From the IMG/VR virus record IMGVR_UViG_3300022936_000194, positions 1 to 34,386 of that record: a stretch of DNA of 34,386 bases; one strand, given 5' to 3'. The notes below the pieces were generated by a model. That model saw nothing but the letters and a program-made list of their open reading frames with translations. It was not told where the DNA came from and made no database searches. A program made the translations under genes and the position numbers. Position 1 is the first letter of the stretch. Each line of letters starts with the position of its first letter. This DNA comes from a virus (lineage: Duplodnaviria; Caudoviricetes). Shown in pieces: positions 8,281-17,556 of the stretch.

Positions 8281-8832
8281 ATGTGCGATATAAAAACTGA
8301 AGACGTAGGCGGCGAAAGCTGCGAGCCTGTAGGCGGTATCAATATTAATATCTATTACGCATTACGATCTGACTTCACAACGGTGGTAGACCCGCCGTTA
8401 TTTGGCGCTGTAGGGGCTTACGCTACTAAAGCGGCCATAGCAACGGCCCACACCTTTAAACAAGGTAAAGGCTTTAACAAAATTACCGTGGCCAGTAAGA
8501 CCGGTACCATAAAAAGTACCATGGGAGGCGAACGTAAACGCAGGGTTTACACTAATGAGCTTGCAGGCCAGATACAAGGCAGCGAAGCGGTAGTGCTGGG
8601 CTTTATGCGTATGGTTAAAAATGCCGACTACATTGTCCTGGCTGAAGAAGCAGGATCCGGAAGGTTAAGGCAATTGGGTTCTAACAGATCATTTGCTGAG
8701 TTTACCGCCCTGGAGCACTCTATTGAGGCAGACATGACTGGTAACAATGCATGTTCTTTTACCATTCAGGATACGCAACTTTGGCCAGCGCCAATATACA
8801 GCGGTACCGTAGTGGAAGAGCCTGAGGCATAA
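8281..8832 (+). CDS. Putative major tail (tube) protein
   Basis: Probable start ATG 8281 (MCDIKTEDVGG), 183 aa, beta-rich, last gene before a strong terminator. Confidence 0.6.
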   Translation: MCDIKTEDVGGESCEPVGGININIYYALRSDFTTVVDPPLFGAVGAYATKAAIATAHTFKQGKGFNKITVASKTGTIKSTMGGERKRRVYTNELAGQIQGSEAVVLGFMRMVKNADYIVLAEEAGSGRLRQLGSNRSFAEFTALEHSIEADMTGNNACSFTIQDTQLWPAPIYSGTVVEEPEA

Positions 8833-8853
8833 CAGCCGTTTTAATATTTATAT

Positions 8854-8883
8854 AAAAGCCCCGCAGCAATGTGGGGCTTTTTT
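8854..8883 (+). terminator. Intrinsic terminator
   Basis: AAAAGCCCCGCA-GCAA-TGTGGGGCTTTTTT. Confidence 0.85.
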
Positions 8884-8898
8884 GTTGCTAAAAAGCGC

Positions 8899-8934
8899 TG
8901 TCCTATTATGACGCGCGCGTACTTTCCATTTTTG
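8899..8934 (+). promoter_or_regulatory. TGTCCTA-type promoter
   Basis: TGTCCTATT at 8899 and CATTTTTG at 8927. Confidence 0.7.
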
Positions 8935-8945
8935 CAGTATTACAA

Positions 8946-9149
8946 ATGGATAGTATTATGAAACAATTGATTTGGTCAGCAGCTCAATGTGCCTTTTTTC
9001 TTACACTGATATTTTGGTGTATATATCTAACGATTTATTCCGGCACAGAACAGGAACATCTGTTATTTGAAGCAGTTTTTCTTGTGTACATTTTTATATC
9101 ATCCGTTGGGACTGGTATTGAGCTATGGAACAAAAATAAAAAGGAATAG
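8946..9149 (+). CDS. Small two-TM membrane protein
   Basis: Two hydrophobic stretches and a basic C-terminus, directly behind the promoter. Confidence 0.65.
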   Translation: MDSIMKQLIWSAAQCAFFLTLIFWCIYLTIYSGTEQEHLLFEAVFLVYIFISSVGTGIELWNKNKKE

Positions 9150-9151
9150 TT

Positions 9152-9232
9152 ATGGAAACCGCAACTGTACTTCTCGGCATCGCCGTACTTCTAACTATTG
9201 CCGATTGCATTACCCCGGATAAAAACCGTTAG
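9152..9232 (+). CDS. 26-aa hydrophobic peptide METATVLLGIAVLLTIADCITPDKNR
   Basis: Own translation. It fills the gap between 9149 and 9236 exactly and is below the ORF-track cutoff. Confidence 0.5.
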   Translation: METATVLLGIAVLLTIADCITPDKNR

Positions 9233-9235
9233 GCC

Positions 9236-9583
9236 ATGCTGGACTACCCTGAGCAGATAACGGCATTTATTACCGCCAACTTTACACCCAGTGACCCGGA
9301 CAGGGCAAACTTTAAGCGCACTACAGATGGTGTGCTGGCTTTCCTGTTTGCAACCTTCCCGGATGGCTGCATTAGCGATTACGAGCTTAACGATATCCTT
9401 TTAGAGTTGGGGTATGTTCGGTATACTTGGCTTAACGAGCACGTAGAAGTTAATTATATTGATGAAGCCGAAATAACAACCATTAATAAATCGCTTGTTA
9501 GTGGCTGGTGCATGCAATCTATTTTTGATTTAAACCCGGACATCTTTGAGGTGCCGGTAGAAAAGAAAACTAAGGGGAGGTAA
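9236..9583 (+). CDS. Hypothetical protein (possible winged-helix)
   Basis: 115 aa; ISDYELNDILLELGY helix pattern. Confidence 0.65.
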   Translation: MLDYPEQITAFITANFTPSDPDRANFKRTTDGVLAFLFATFPDGCISDYELNDILLELGYVRYTWLNEHVEVNYIDEAEITTINKSLVSGWCMQSIFDLNPDIFEVPVEKKTKGR

Positions 9584-9716
9584 AAAAGAAGTCCTCCAGC
9601 GTATTAAAAAACTTCTCACCATCTTTCAATAACATACCCGCAGGCTGCCGGAGGACAAATGTCTTCAGGCCTGCGGGTATTTTGCTATTGAAACCAATGG
9701 TGAGGCCGCAAATATA
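9584..9716 (-). ncRNA. Candidate structured antisense sRNA/attenuator over the methyltransferase leader
   Basis: Nested inverted repeats (8+8+12 bp), minus-strand TATATTTG at 9716-9709, and a GGAGGAC-TTC-TTTTTT end. Confidence 0.55.
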
Positions 9717-9744
9717 GTAAGGATAACTTTTCAAACAAATACAA

Positions 9745-10836
9745 ATGAATTTTAATTACAGGTGGTCGCTAAAAGATGCAGTTTTTACTAAAGACAAAGG
9801 TAAAGTGTTTAGCTGCTTTGCATGCGGTGGCGGCTCTACTATGGGCTACAAGCTCGCAGGGTTTGACGTTGTAGGCATTAACGAAATAGACCCGCGTATG
9901 GCAAAGCTGTATGTGGCCAACCATAAGCCCAAACATATATTTGTTGAAGGGATACAAAGCTTTAAACTGCGCAATGATCTGCCGGCAGAGTTATACAATT
10001 TAGATATACTGGATGGCTCCCCTCCCTGCAGCTCATTTTCTATGTCCGGGAACAGAGAATCTGACTGGGGCAAAGAAAAGAAGTTTACCGAGGGCCAGGC
10101 GTCGCAGGTTCTTGACACGCTGTTTTTTGATTTTATAGACCTGGCCGAAAAGCTGCAGCCGAAAGTAGTAGTGGCTGAGAACGTATCTGGCATACTTAAA
10201 GGCAATGCCCGAAACTATGTGCGCAAAATAATTGTGGCGTTTGACAAAGCCGGTTACCTGGTAAAAGAGTTTGAACTTAATAGCTCACAAATGGAGGTGC
10301 CACAGCGCCGGGAGCGCGTTTTCTTTGTTGCCATACGTAAAGATCTGGCAGAGCTGCTGCCTAAACCTTTTGGGCTACTATTCTGTGACTTTCCACATTT
10401 AAACATGAAGTTTGGCCGCACGGAAATCCCCTTTGCAGATATCAGGACAAAGGGGCTTAACGATGCGCCCTGGAGTGATCACGACCAAAGGATATGGGAC
10501 AGGCGTGTTATAGGCGACAGGAAATACTCTGATGTACTGGTGCGCACTGAAAACAGGATGTCAAATTTTAACAGCCAATTTGTCTATGCCAATGAAGCCA
10601 TCAGGACTATGGCAGCGTCGGAGGCAAGTAAAATGACCTTGTTTGATGAGCCCAGGCGAATGAACTCGACTGAAATGATCTACGCACAATCATTCCCTAC
10701 GGACTACGATTTTGGCAGTGATAAATGCAGTAAAATCCAGTATGTGCTGGGCATGAGCGTGCCGCCCGTTATGATGGCACACATAGCTGCCAGGCTTTAT
10801 AAAGAATGGCAGCCAATTTTTGAAAGTAGCCTATAG
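9745..10836 (+). CDS. DNA (cytosine-5)-methyltransferase, orphan
   Basis: Motif I variant FACGGG, catalytic GSPPC, ENV, QRRERVFF and C-terminal QSFP/SVPP motifs. Confidence 0.95.
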   Translation: MNFNYRWSLKDAVFTKDKGKVFSCFACGGGSTMGYKLAGFDVVGINEIDPRMAKLYVANHKPKHIFVEGIQSFKLRNDLPAELYNLDILDGSPPCSSFSMSGNRESDWGKEKKFTEGQASQVLDTLFFDFIDLAEKLQPKVVVAENVSGILKGNARNYVRKIIVAFDKAGYLVKEFELNSSQMEVPQRRERVFFVAIRKDLAELLPKPFGLLFCDFPHLNMKFGRTEIPFADIRTKGLNDAPWSDHDQRIWDRRVIGDRKYSDVLVRTENRMSNFNSQFVYANEAIRTMAASEASKMTLFDEPRRMNSTEMIYAQSFPTDYDFGSDKCSKIQYVLGMSVPPVMMAHIAARLYKEWQPIFESSL

Positions 10837-10859
10837 CTACAATAATTTTTAATTTTAAT

Positions 10860-11666
10860 ATGACCAAGATTGCAACGCCCAAAGGAAGGCTTAAAACTCC
10901 GATTTCTTATTACGGTGGTAAGCAGAGCATGCTTAAACACATTTTACCAATAATCCCGGAACATAAAACGTATGCCGAAATATTCTTTGGCGGCGGTGCG
11001 GTGTTTTGGGCAAAGCAGCCGGCAGAGGCTGAAATTATAAACGACTATAACGGCATGGTGGTTAACTTTTATGAACAGCTAAAGCTGAATTATGATGCCC
11101 TGAAGGCGGCTATTGATGCCACGCCTTACAGCAGGCAGACCTACCAAAAAGCAATGGTAGTTTATGAGCATCCGTACATTTATACTCCACTGGTTAAAGC
11201 CTGGGCGTTTTGGATAGGTACCGTACAGGGCTTTAGTAACAAGATAGGCAGCTGGAGGGCGAGCAACCCCACATCTAAAGAAGTATTGATGTGTGAGAAT
11301 AAAAAGCTGCTGATCACTCCGGAACTAAGCGCACGCCTGCGCCATGTGCAAATTGAATGTGTTGATGCCATAAGGCTTATTGAGCGCCTGGACAGCCCGG
11401 ATACTTTCTTTTACCTGGACCCGCCTTATGTGGATAGTGACCAGGGCCACTATGGCGGTTACACTCAGGAACATTTTAATAGCTTACTGGATGCGCTGAC
11501 CAGGATAAAAGGCAAATTCCTTTTGAGCAGCTACCCTAACGCGGTATTAGACCGGTACCGATCTGAACATGGGTGGGACAATGACGATAAGAACATGCAT
11601 TTATCGGTATCACAGAACAACCGCCGCAAAACTGAATGCCTTACCGCTAATTACCCTATTAGATAA
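10860..11666 (+). CDS. Dam/D12-class N6-adenine DNA methyltransferase, orphan
   Basis: YYGGK, FFGGGAV, IINDYN and catalytic DPPY. Confidence 0.95.
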   Translation: MTKIATPKGRLKTPISYYGGKQSMLKHILPIIPEHKTYAEIFFGGGAVFWAKQPAEAEIINDYNGMVVNFYEQLKLNYDALKAAIDATPYSRQTYQKAMVVYEHPYIYTPLVKAWAFWIGTVQGFSNKIGSWRASNPTSKEVLMCENKKLLITPELSARLRHVQIECVDAIRLIERLDSPDTFFYLDPPYVDSDQGHYGGYTQEHFNSLLDALTRIKGKFLLSSYPNAVLDRYRSEHGWDNDDKNMHLSVSQNNRRKTECLTANYPIR

Positions 11667-11669
11667 AAC

Positions 11670-11693
11670 AAGCCCTCCCAGTGAGGGCTTTTT
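11670..11693 (+). terminator. Intrinsic terminator
   Basis: AAGCCCTC-CCAGT-GAGGGCTT followed by TTT. Confidence 0.8.
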
Positions 11694-11695
11694 GC

Positions 11696-11731
11696 TGTCC
11701 TATTATTCGGCAATGCCGCTTTCCACTTTTG
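11696..11731 (+). promoter_or_regulatory. TGTCCTA-type promoter for the terminase operon
   Basis: TGTCCTATT at 11696, CACTTTTG at 11724, ATG 4 nt later. Confidence 0.7.
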
Positions 11732-11735
11732 CAAC

Positions 11736-12482
11736 ATGGAAAGTATCCAAAAATGGTTAGACACCGGTTGCAAATACCCTGAAGGCGTAGCATTGTATGC
11801 TGCTATACCCGGATGTATGCCGGCATTGCTTAAGCGCCTGCAGGAAGGCCAAAACCCCGTAAATCACGAGAAGCTTAAATACGAGCTCCGGAAGATTTTA
11901 AAGCAAAAGATTGTGCCGGCGCAAGTAGTGCCGGTGGCAATAGCTACTGCAGTAAAATCTGTGGCCGTAGTACCCCAGGCACCGGCAGAACCACCGGCGC
12001 AGGATGCAAAGCAAAAGCTGCTATTCCACCACTTGCCTGCGGAGCTGCGCCCGGTCCTGCAGGAAGCAAACGCCCTGTTTGCCGAAAAGTGTTTACTCAA
12101 GACACTGCTTAATGACCTGGCACCGGAAATGGAAAGTGAAGCGCTGGAGCTGTGTATCCGGATTTATGCATTAACCCAAAAGAATGCCCGCTGCTGGCAG
12201 AAAATAGACTACTGGCAGGAACATAGAAAAGTGCCACCACTTGAGGTACCCAAACATTCTACCCTGGGTGGCGCACAGCTGGCCAAGAAACAACAAAACC
12301 TTTTTAGCAGCATAAGCCGGCTTAAAAAACGCCTGGAACAAAATCGCCTGCAGTATGAAGCTGAAGAGCGACCGGCACAACGTGCGCGGCTACAACGTGG
12401 CTTAGCTAAAAAGGAGGGCAACCTGATAAAACAGGAAGACGAACTACTACAAATCACACAACTAATAGAGGCTAAGGCATGA
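11736..12482 (+). CDS. Hypothetical helical protein in the packaging operon
   Basis: 248-aa ORF with ATGA coupling to the next gene. Confidence 0.75.
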   Translation: MESIQKWLDTGCKYPEGVALYAAIPGCMPALLKRLQEGQNPVNHEKLKYELRKILKQKIVPAQVVPVAIATAVKSVAVVPQAPAEPPAQDAKQKLLFHHLPAELRPVLQEANALFAEKCLLKTLLNDLAPEMESEALELCIRIYALTQKNARCWQKIDYWQEHRKVPPLEVPKHSTLGGAQLAKKQQNLFSSISRLKKRLEQNRLQYEAEERPAQRARLQRGLAKKEGNLIKQEDELLQITQLIEAKA

Positions 12483-13069
12483 GCAGTAAACGAGAAATCG
12501 CGATAGTAAATCGTGAAGATAACACCTTTCAACACATACTGGCACACCACAGTAATCCGGACGCTTTTCCTCTTAACGTAAAGCAGCAGGAAATACTGGA
12601 CAGGTGGCGCAAGATCTTTACCCTGCAGCTGCGTAACCATAACCGAATGCGCATAGTGAATATCCTTATAACAGATGGTCTTTCGATGTCTCAGGCGTAT
12701 GCCGATATCAAAAATGTTGAATCTCTTTTTGGCAGTGTTATGAAAGCCGATAAGGAGTTTCAGCGCGTGCTATGGCTTGAGCGTGCTAATGATGGCTATG
12801 TAAGAGCATTACAAAAAGGGAAGGACGAACTGGCGCAAAAATATGAAGATATGATTGCCAAATACAGCGGCTTTAATGATAAAGATGACGCTGAGTTTAA
12901 TGCTGAAAAGCTTGAAAATGTAAAAATTGAATTTACGATGGATGCCAAGACCCAGAAAGCTTTAAAAAACCTGCCTCGAAAAGACAACATAGCTAATAAT
13001 GTTGTCGACTTTAATAATCTCAATGCTGTAGACACCGAATATATAAACGTTGAGTATGAAGAAGATTAA
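12479..13069 (+). CDS. Putative terminase small subunit
   Basis: HTH-like LSMSQAYADIK segment, immediately upstream of and overlapping the large subunit. Confidence 0.55.
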   Translation: MSSKREIAIVNREDNTFQHILAHHSNPDAFPLNVKQQEILDRWRKIFTLQLRNHNRMRIVNILITDGLSMSQAYADIKNVESLFGSVMKADKEFQRVLWLERANDGYVRALQKGKDELAQKYEDMIAKYSGFNDKDDAEFNAEKLENVKIEFTMDAKTQKALKNLPRKDNIANNVVDFNNLNAVDTEYINVEYEED

Positions 13070-14591
13070 GCGTCTGGCCCTTACAGCTCCTCAGGCAGAT
13101 GCTGTTTTAAGCACTCAAAAATATAAATATTTAGAGTGGGGGCGTGGTTCCGGCAAATCTTTTATCCTGGCATTTTTTATGATTGAGATGGTAAAGCAAA
13201 TGCCCTGCGCAACTTTTTTCCTTGCAGGTAACACCTATTCGCAAATGCTTTCTACAACATTGCCGTCTACAAAGAAAGGCCTTAAATCTTTCAATATTAT
13301 TGAAGATGTTGATTATGTAATTGGAAGGTGTGGAAAAAATAAAGGTTTTGCTATGCCCCTCGAGGCACCTAACATGTGGAATAACATTATCCATTTTAGT
13401 AATGGTGCTATTTTCGTGCTTATCTCTCAGGATAATCCTAATGCGGGCCGCGGATTAAATACCTACGGCGGTATTGGCGATGAGGCTGCGCTGCTGAACC
13501 CTACTAAACTATACAACCAAGCACAAACTACAAACAGGTCTGCAGGTATTGGCACTGCTAAAGAAGAAATATTTAAAAAAGCCCCATTGTTAGGCTGCGA
13601 GATATACGCCAGTTCTACACCGGTGACGAAAGCTGGTAAGTGGTTTACTGACATAGAGGCTAAGGCTCTTTTGCCTGAAAATAGAGATCGTTACTATTTT
13701 TCTAAGGCGAGCTCTCTTAGTAACCCAAATAATACCGATGAATGGTATCGCAGGGTTAAGGAGAATGCAGTATCTAAAATAATGTATGATGCCGAAATAC
13801 TTAACATTAGGCCCAAGACTATCACAGATGGTTATTATCCAAATCTTAACCACAAAATACATTACTATACTGATTATGATAATGTTTATTTAGAGGGGCA
13901 AATATGGATGCCTAATGAAAAGGATGGCGGCATTAAGCTTACTTGCAAACAGGATAACGACCTGCAGCGTGATGAGCCACTTATAGTATCACTGGATTTT
14001 GGTGTGTTTAATAGTTGCGTGGTATCTCAGGTGCACCGTGACCTTAACGAGTATCGGGTGCTTAATAACATGTGGGTAAAGAGTCCTGATCTATTAAGCG
14101 ATCTATTTGTCAAGAAATTTCTACCCTATTATAAAGATCACGGTGATAAGACAGTGCACCTGTATGGTGGCCATGATGGTAACAACGACCAGGTTAATGC
14201 CGCTAATACTTTGTTCGAACAAGTGGAAACTATCCTGCGCGCCCATGGATGGCGTGTATACACCTTGACCAGAGGCCAGGCAGCAAGGCATCATGCGAAG
14301 TACTTACTTATAAATGCCATTCTAAAGGAGACACAGCGCAACCTTCCGCGCATACGTATTAACAAGGGCAACTGTGCCGATCTTATTGTAGCCCTTGAGC
14401 ATGCCGAGGCTAAGGAAGGCAACAATGGTGTTGAGAAAGAAAAGAAGCATGAACGTAATAAGTCATTGCTGCAGCAACACACCACCCACTTAACCGATGC
14501 CTTTGATGTACCTATCTATGCCCTATACAATGATCTGTTTACGGGCAGCAACCTTACTGCAGGCGAGTCTGGCATCATATTGTTAGGCTAA
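13056..14591 (+). CDS. terL: Terminase large subunit
   Basis: Walker A GRGSGKS, GRGLN, Walker B GIGDEAA, coupling motif SSTP; nuclease acidic motifs SLDFG and HLTDAFD. Confidence 0.92.
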   Translation: MKKIKRLALTAPQADAVLSTQKYKYLEWGRGSGKSFILAFFMIEMVKQMPCATFFLAGNTYSQMLSTTLPSTKKGLKSFNIIEDVDYVIGRCGKNKGFAMPLEAPNMWNNIIHFSNGAIFVLISQDNPNAGRGLNTYGGIGDEAALLNPTKLYNQAQTTNRSAGIGTAKEEIFKKAPLLGCEIYASSTPVTKAGKWFTDIEAKALLPENRDRYYFSKASSLSNPNNTDEWYRRVKENAVSKIMYDAEILNIRPKTITDGYYPNLNHKIHYYTDYDNVYLEGQIWMPNEKDGGIKLTCKQDNDLQRDEPLIVSLDFGVFNSCVVSQVHRDLNEYRVLNNMWVKSPDLLSDLFVKKFLPYYKDHGDKTVHLYGGHDGNNDQVNAANTLFEQVETILRAHGWRVYTLTRGQAARHHAKYLLINAILKETQRNLPRIRINKGNCADLIVALEHAEAKEGNNGVEKEKKHERNKSLLQQHTTHLTDAFDVPIYALYNDLFTGSNLTAGESGIILLG

Positions 14592-14617
14592 CACTCTCCC
14601 TTTACAGACTTACCCGA

Positions 14618-14642
14618 ACCGCCCCTGCCACCCAGGGGCGGT
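14618..14642 (+). terminator. GC-rich hairpin after terL (no U-tract)
   Basis: ACCGCCCCTG-CCACC-CAGGGGCGGT. Confidence 0.45.
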
Positions 14643-14820
14643 GCCATTTCATATATCCTGAAATCTCGAAAATGGAAAGTGCAGAAATTTAAAGGACGTG
14701 GCGAGGTTGGCAGAGAGAAAATGGAAAAATCTGCGAGTTCGTGACGGTTATAAAATTGGTTATCAACTACTTTGGCTTTTTTGGTTCGGAAAAGGGTATG
14801 TGAACAGGCCTTAAAAGTGC

Positions 14821-14856
14821 TGTCCTATTTAAAAGATGTGGCAAATATGAATTTAG
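14821..14856 (+). promoter_or_regulatory. TGTCCTA-type promoter for the portal operon
   Basis: TGTCCTATT at 14821, GAATTTAG at 14849, ATG 4 nt later. Confidence 0.65.
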
Positions 14857-14860
14857 CCGC

Positions 14861-15205
14861 ATGGAAAATGGCACGATAACACTTTCAGAGGCATTAGAAA
14901 TAATGAGACGGCATGATGCTTACGGCAACCTCATACATTTTAATATCGCTTTCCGGACGTTTAGCGCTACCACAAAAAAGGGCGGCAAGCTAAAAGAAAT
15001 TGATGGCGCAATTTATATGTACCCGGCTAATCCGGATGCAGATAAGCCTATCAATATTTACAATCTGCTCGATCCCGTACTGACTGCCAAGAACCCGAAC
15101 CACTTTGAGAACCGCACCCGCAACATACAGCTGCCAAATGGCGACATCCGCAAAGTGAACATTGATTTCATAATCTCAATTAACGACCAAAAAGTTATTT
15201 ATTAA
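14861..15205 (+). CDS. Hypothetical protein preceding the portal
   Basis: 114 aa, KNPNHFENRTRNI segment, TAATG coupling to the portal gene. Confidence 0.75.
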   Translation: MENGTITLSEALEIMRRHDAYGNLIHFNIAFRTFSATTKKGGKLKEIDGAIYMYPANPDADKPINIYNLLDPVLTAKNPNHFENRTRNIQLPNGDIRKVNIDFIISINDQKVIY

Positions 15206-16563
15206 TGAACGATACAATATTTGTAGGCGACTTCGCTTTGAGTTCGTTTAAGGGGGGCGGCTCTGTCTATGCCTTTACCAATACCACCGCTAAGGGCGAG
15301 GATACCGTTACCACACTGCAGGTAGATACCAAAGACAAAGTGGGTACCATAGCCTCATGGGGTACCGCGAACGATTACCCTCAGGATATCCTGAAGCGCG
15401 TAAAACTTAACGGCGCTGCCACCAGTGCGCTCCGCCTGCTGCGCAAAGCACATTACGGCAATGGCCTTGTGCTAATGACGCACGGTGTTACCGAAGACGG
15501 TAAACATGATCATAAGATCGTGCCTACAGAAAGCCAGCCGGTCATAAAAGATTTCTTTAATAAATCCCAGATGAACCGTTTCTGGAAAGAAACAATAACC
15601 GACCTCGAGTATTTTTCCATTGCGTTCCCGGAGTACATCCTGTCGAATGACTATACCACAATAAACAGGGTTAAACGCCAAAAAGCTGCCTGGTGCCGCT
15701 TTGAGGTAATGAACGAAAAGAGCGGCCTGATTGAGAATGTTTACATCTCAGAGAAATTTGGTAAGACCAGCGTATCTACAGACTCTATTTACTGCGCCAC
15801 CGTGCCCGTTATAGATAGCTACTGGAGTGCTGAAGAGGTAAAAGAATATTGCCGGGTTAACAAAATACACAATTTTGTCCGTCCCGTTTTTTACCCGCTT
15901 ATAGATGAGGCTTACTACCCTGAAGCGGAATGGCACAGCATTACAAAATCGGGATGGCTCGATGTGGCCAACTCTATCCCGGAATATAAAAACAACCTGT
16001 TTAAAAACCAGGTATCGATAAAGTATCTCATCGAAATTGACGAGCGCTACTTCCAACAAATTTATTTAGATCAGTGGATAAAATTCAATCCTGAAGAGCG
16101 CAAGGCCATACGTAAAGCAGTAATCGATTCTATAAACGATCACTTATCAGGCAATGCAAATGCCGGCAAGTCTATCCAGTCAATGAAATTGGTAGATGCA
16201 AAAGGCGAAACCATTTCGGCCATCACTATAACCACCATCGATGACAAATTTAAAGATGGTTCCTACCTGCCTGAAGCCGAAGCGGCCAACTCCGAAATAT
16301 TATTTGCTATTGGTGTAGACCCCTCACTGGTGGGCGCAGGTATACCCGGTGGCAAACTTGGTGCCGGTTCCGGCTCCGATAAGAGTGCGGCCTTTAATAT
16401 CCTTTCAGCGCTCTTTAAAACAAACCGCGAAACTACACTGGAGATTTTCGATTTCATACGCGATTACAACGGGTGGGATGCAACTATTACCGGCGCTTTC
16501 GAAAATACCATACTAACCACCCTGGATAAAAACCCAACCGGGCAGGAAAAAGTTACCAACTAA
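15205..16563 (+). CDS. Portal protein
   Basis: 452 aa downstream of terL. WG..NDYP, HYGNG, NAGKS and EILFAIGVDPSLVG motifs resemble PBSX/P2-type portals. Confidence 0.8.
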   Translation: MNDTIFVGDFALSSFKGGGSVYAFTNTTAKGEDTVTTLQVDTKDKVGTIASWGTANDYPQDILKRVKLNGAATSALRLLRKAHYGNGLVLMTHGVTEDGKHDHKIVPTESQPVIKDFFNKSQMNRFWKETITDLEYFSIAFPEYILSNDYTTINRVKRQKAAWCRFEVMNEKSGLIENVYISEKFGKTSVSTDSIYCATVPVIDSYWSAEEVKEYCRVNKIHNFVRPVFYPLIDEAYYPEAEWHSITKSGWLDVANSIPEYKNNLFKNQVSIKYLIEIDERYFQQIYLDQWIKFNPEERKAIRKAVIDSINDHLSGNANAGKSIQSMKLVDAKGETISAITITTIDDKFKDGSYLPEAEAANSEILFAIGVDPSLVGAGIPGGKLGAGSGSDKSAAFNILSALFKTNRETTLEIFDFIRDYNGWDATITGAFENTILTTLDKNPTGQEKVTN

Positions 16564-17513
16564 TGATACTTAACAGCACCCTCGATTTAAAAAAGCACGT
16601 GTCAGTAGGTTCGAGCTTTATTTTTGAAGACTTGCAGCCATATATTACGCAGGCCGTTGATGAGTTTACGAGCAAATACGTAGGCGATCTGGACGAGATA
16701 CTGGCCAATGAAGCCGATGGCGAGAACATGGTTAAGCTTAATAAGGCACGGCACTACCTGCAGGCCGCTTTGGCAAACTTTGCCCTGTATTTATATACGC
16801 CCGTTGGTACCATTAATATAGATGGTAGCGGTATGACCAATACAGTTACAGAGAAACGTGCGCCATTGTCTTACGGCGAAAAGAAAGATGTGCAGCGCAC
16901 TTTTATTTCCGCAGGCCATAAGGCTATGGATAGGTTACTGGCCTACATGGAAAGGAACAAAGCAGCTTTCCCGGACTGGGCAGATTCTACCCAATATACC
17001 GAAAGCAAAAGGCTATTGGTAAATAATACGGCTGCCTTCAATGATATCTATAACATTTATGAAAGCCGTCAAACCTTCCTGGCGCTGCGCCCTGCGTTAC
17101 AACAGGTAGAGGATCAGTACATACGTACATTCCTGTGTCCGGAACTCCTAACTTTTTTAAAGACGGGCAATCCTACAGGCGCGCAGCTCGAGGTAAAAGA
17201 GTTCCTGCAGAAAGCAATCGTAGCCTACACCATTGCTAAAGTGGCGAGCGAAGGAATTTTTACCATAGATGCATCCAGCCTCATGCTAAAATTTGATGTG
17301 CTTAGTAACGATAAGCCTCAGGAAGTGCCTGCCCTTTGGCTTACTAATACCATTGCCACGCACAAAGCAAACGGCGACAGCTATCTCAAAATGGTATCCG
17401 ATCTCATCACCCAAAACATAGACCAGTTTAACCAGTGCGCTGTACCCATTATCGTAGCGGACAGTTCTGGCGGGTATCAGGCAATAGTTACCCAAAGTGT
17501 AGTCGGCCTTTAG
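16563..17513 (+). CDS. Putative head-completion/adaptor protein (DUF6712-like)
   Basis: 316-aa helical protein with two similar halves, coupled to the portal gene. Confidence 0.6.
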   Translation: MILNSTLDLKKHVSVGSSFIFEDLQPYITQAVDEFTSKYVGDLDEILANEADGENMVKLNKARHYLQAALANFALYLYTPVGTINIDGSGMTNTVTEKRAPLSYGEKKDVQRTFISAGHKAMDRLLAYMERNKAAFPDWADSTQYTESKRLLVNNTAAFNDIYNIYESRQTFLALRPALQQVEDQYIRTFLCPELLTFLKTGNPTGAQLEVKEFLQKAIVAYTIAKVASEGIFTIDASSLMLKFDVLSNDKPQEVPALWLTNTIATHKANGDSYLKMVSDLITQNIDQFNQCAVPIIVADSSGGYQAIVTQSVVGL

Positions 17514-17516
17514 GGC

Positions 17517-17552
17517 TGTCCTATTATAAAAATTCCAGTAAATCGAATTTTA
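17517..17552 (+). promoter_or_regulatory. TGTCCTA-type promoter for the fibre/lysis operon
   Basis: TGTCCTATT at 17517, GAATTTTA at 17545, ATG 4 nt later. Confidence 0.65.
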
Positions 17553-17556
17553 CACC

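Noticed and set aside
9745-12482. Restriction-modification system
   Set aside because: No recognisable endonuclease next to the MTases, and a terminator separates them from the next gene.
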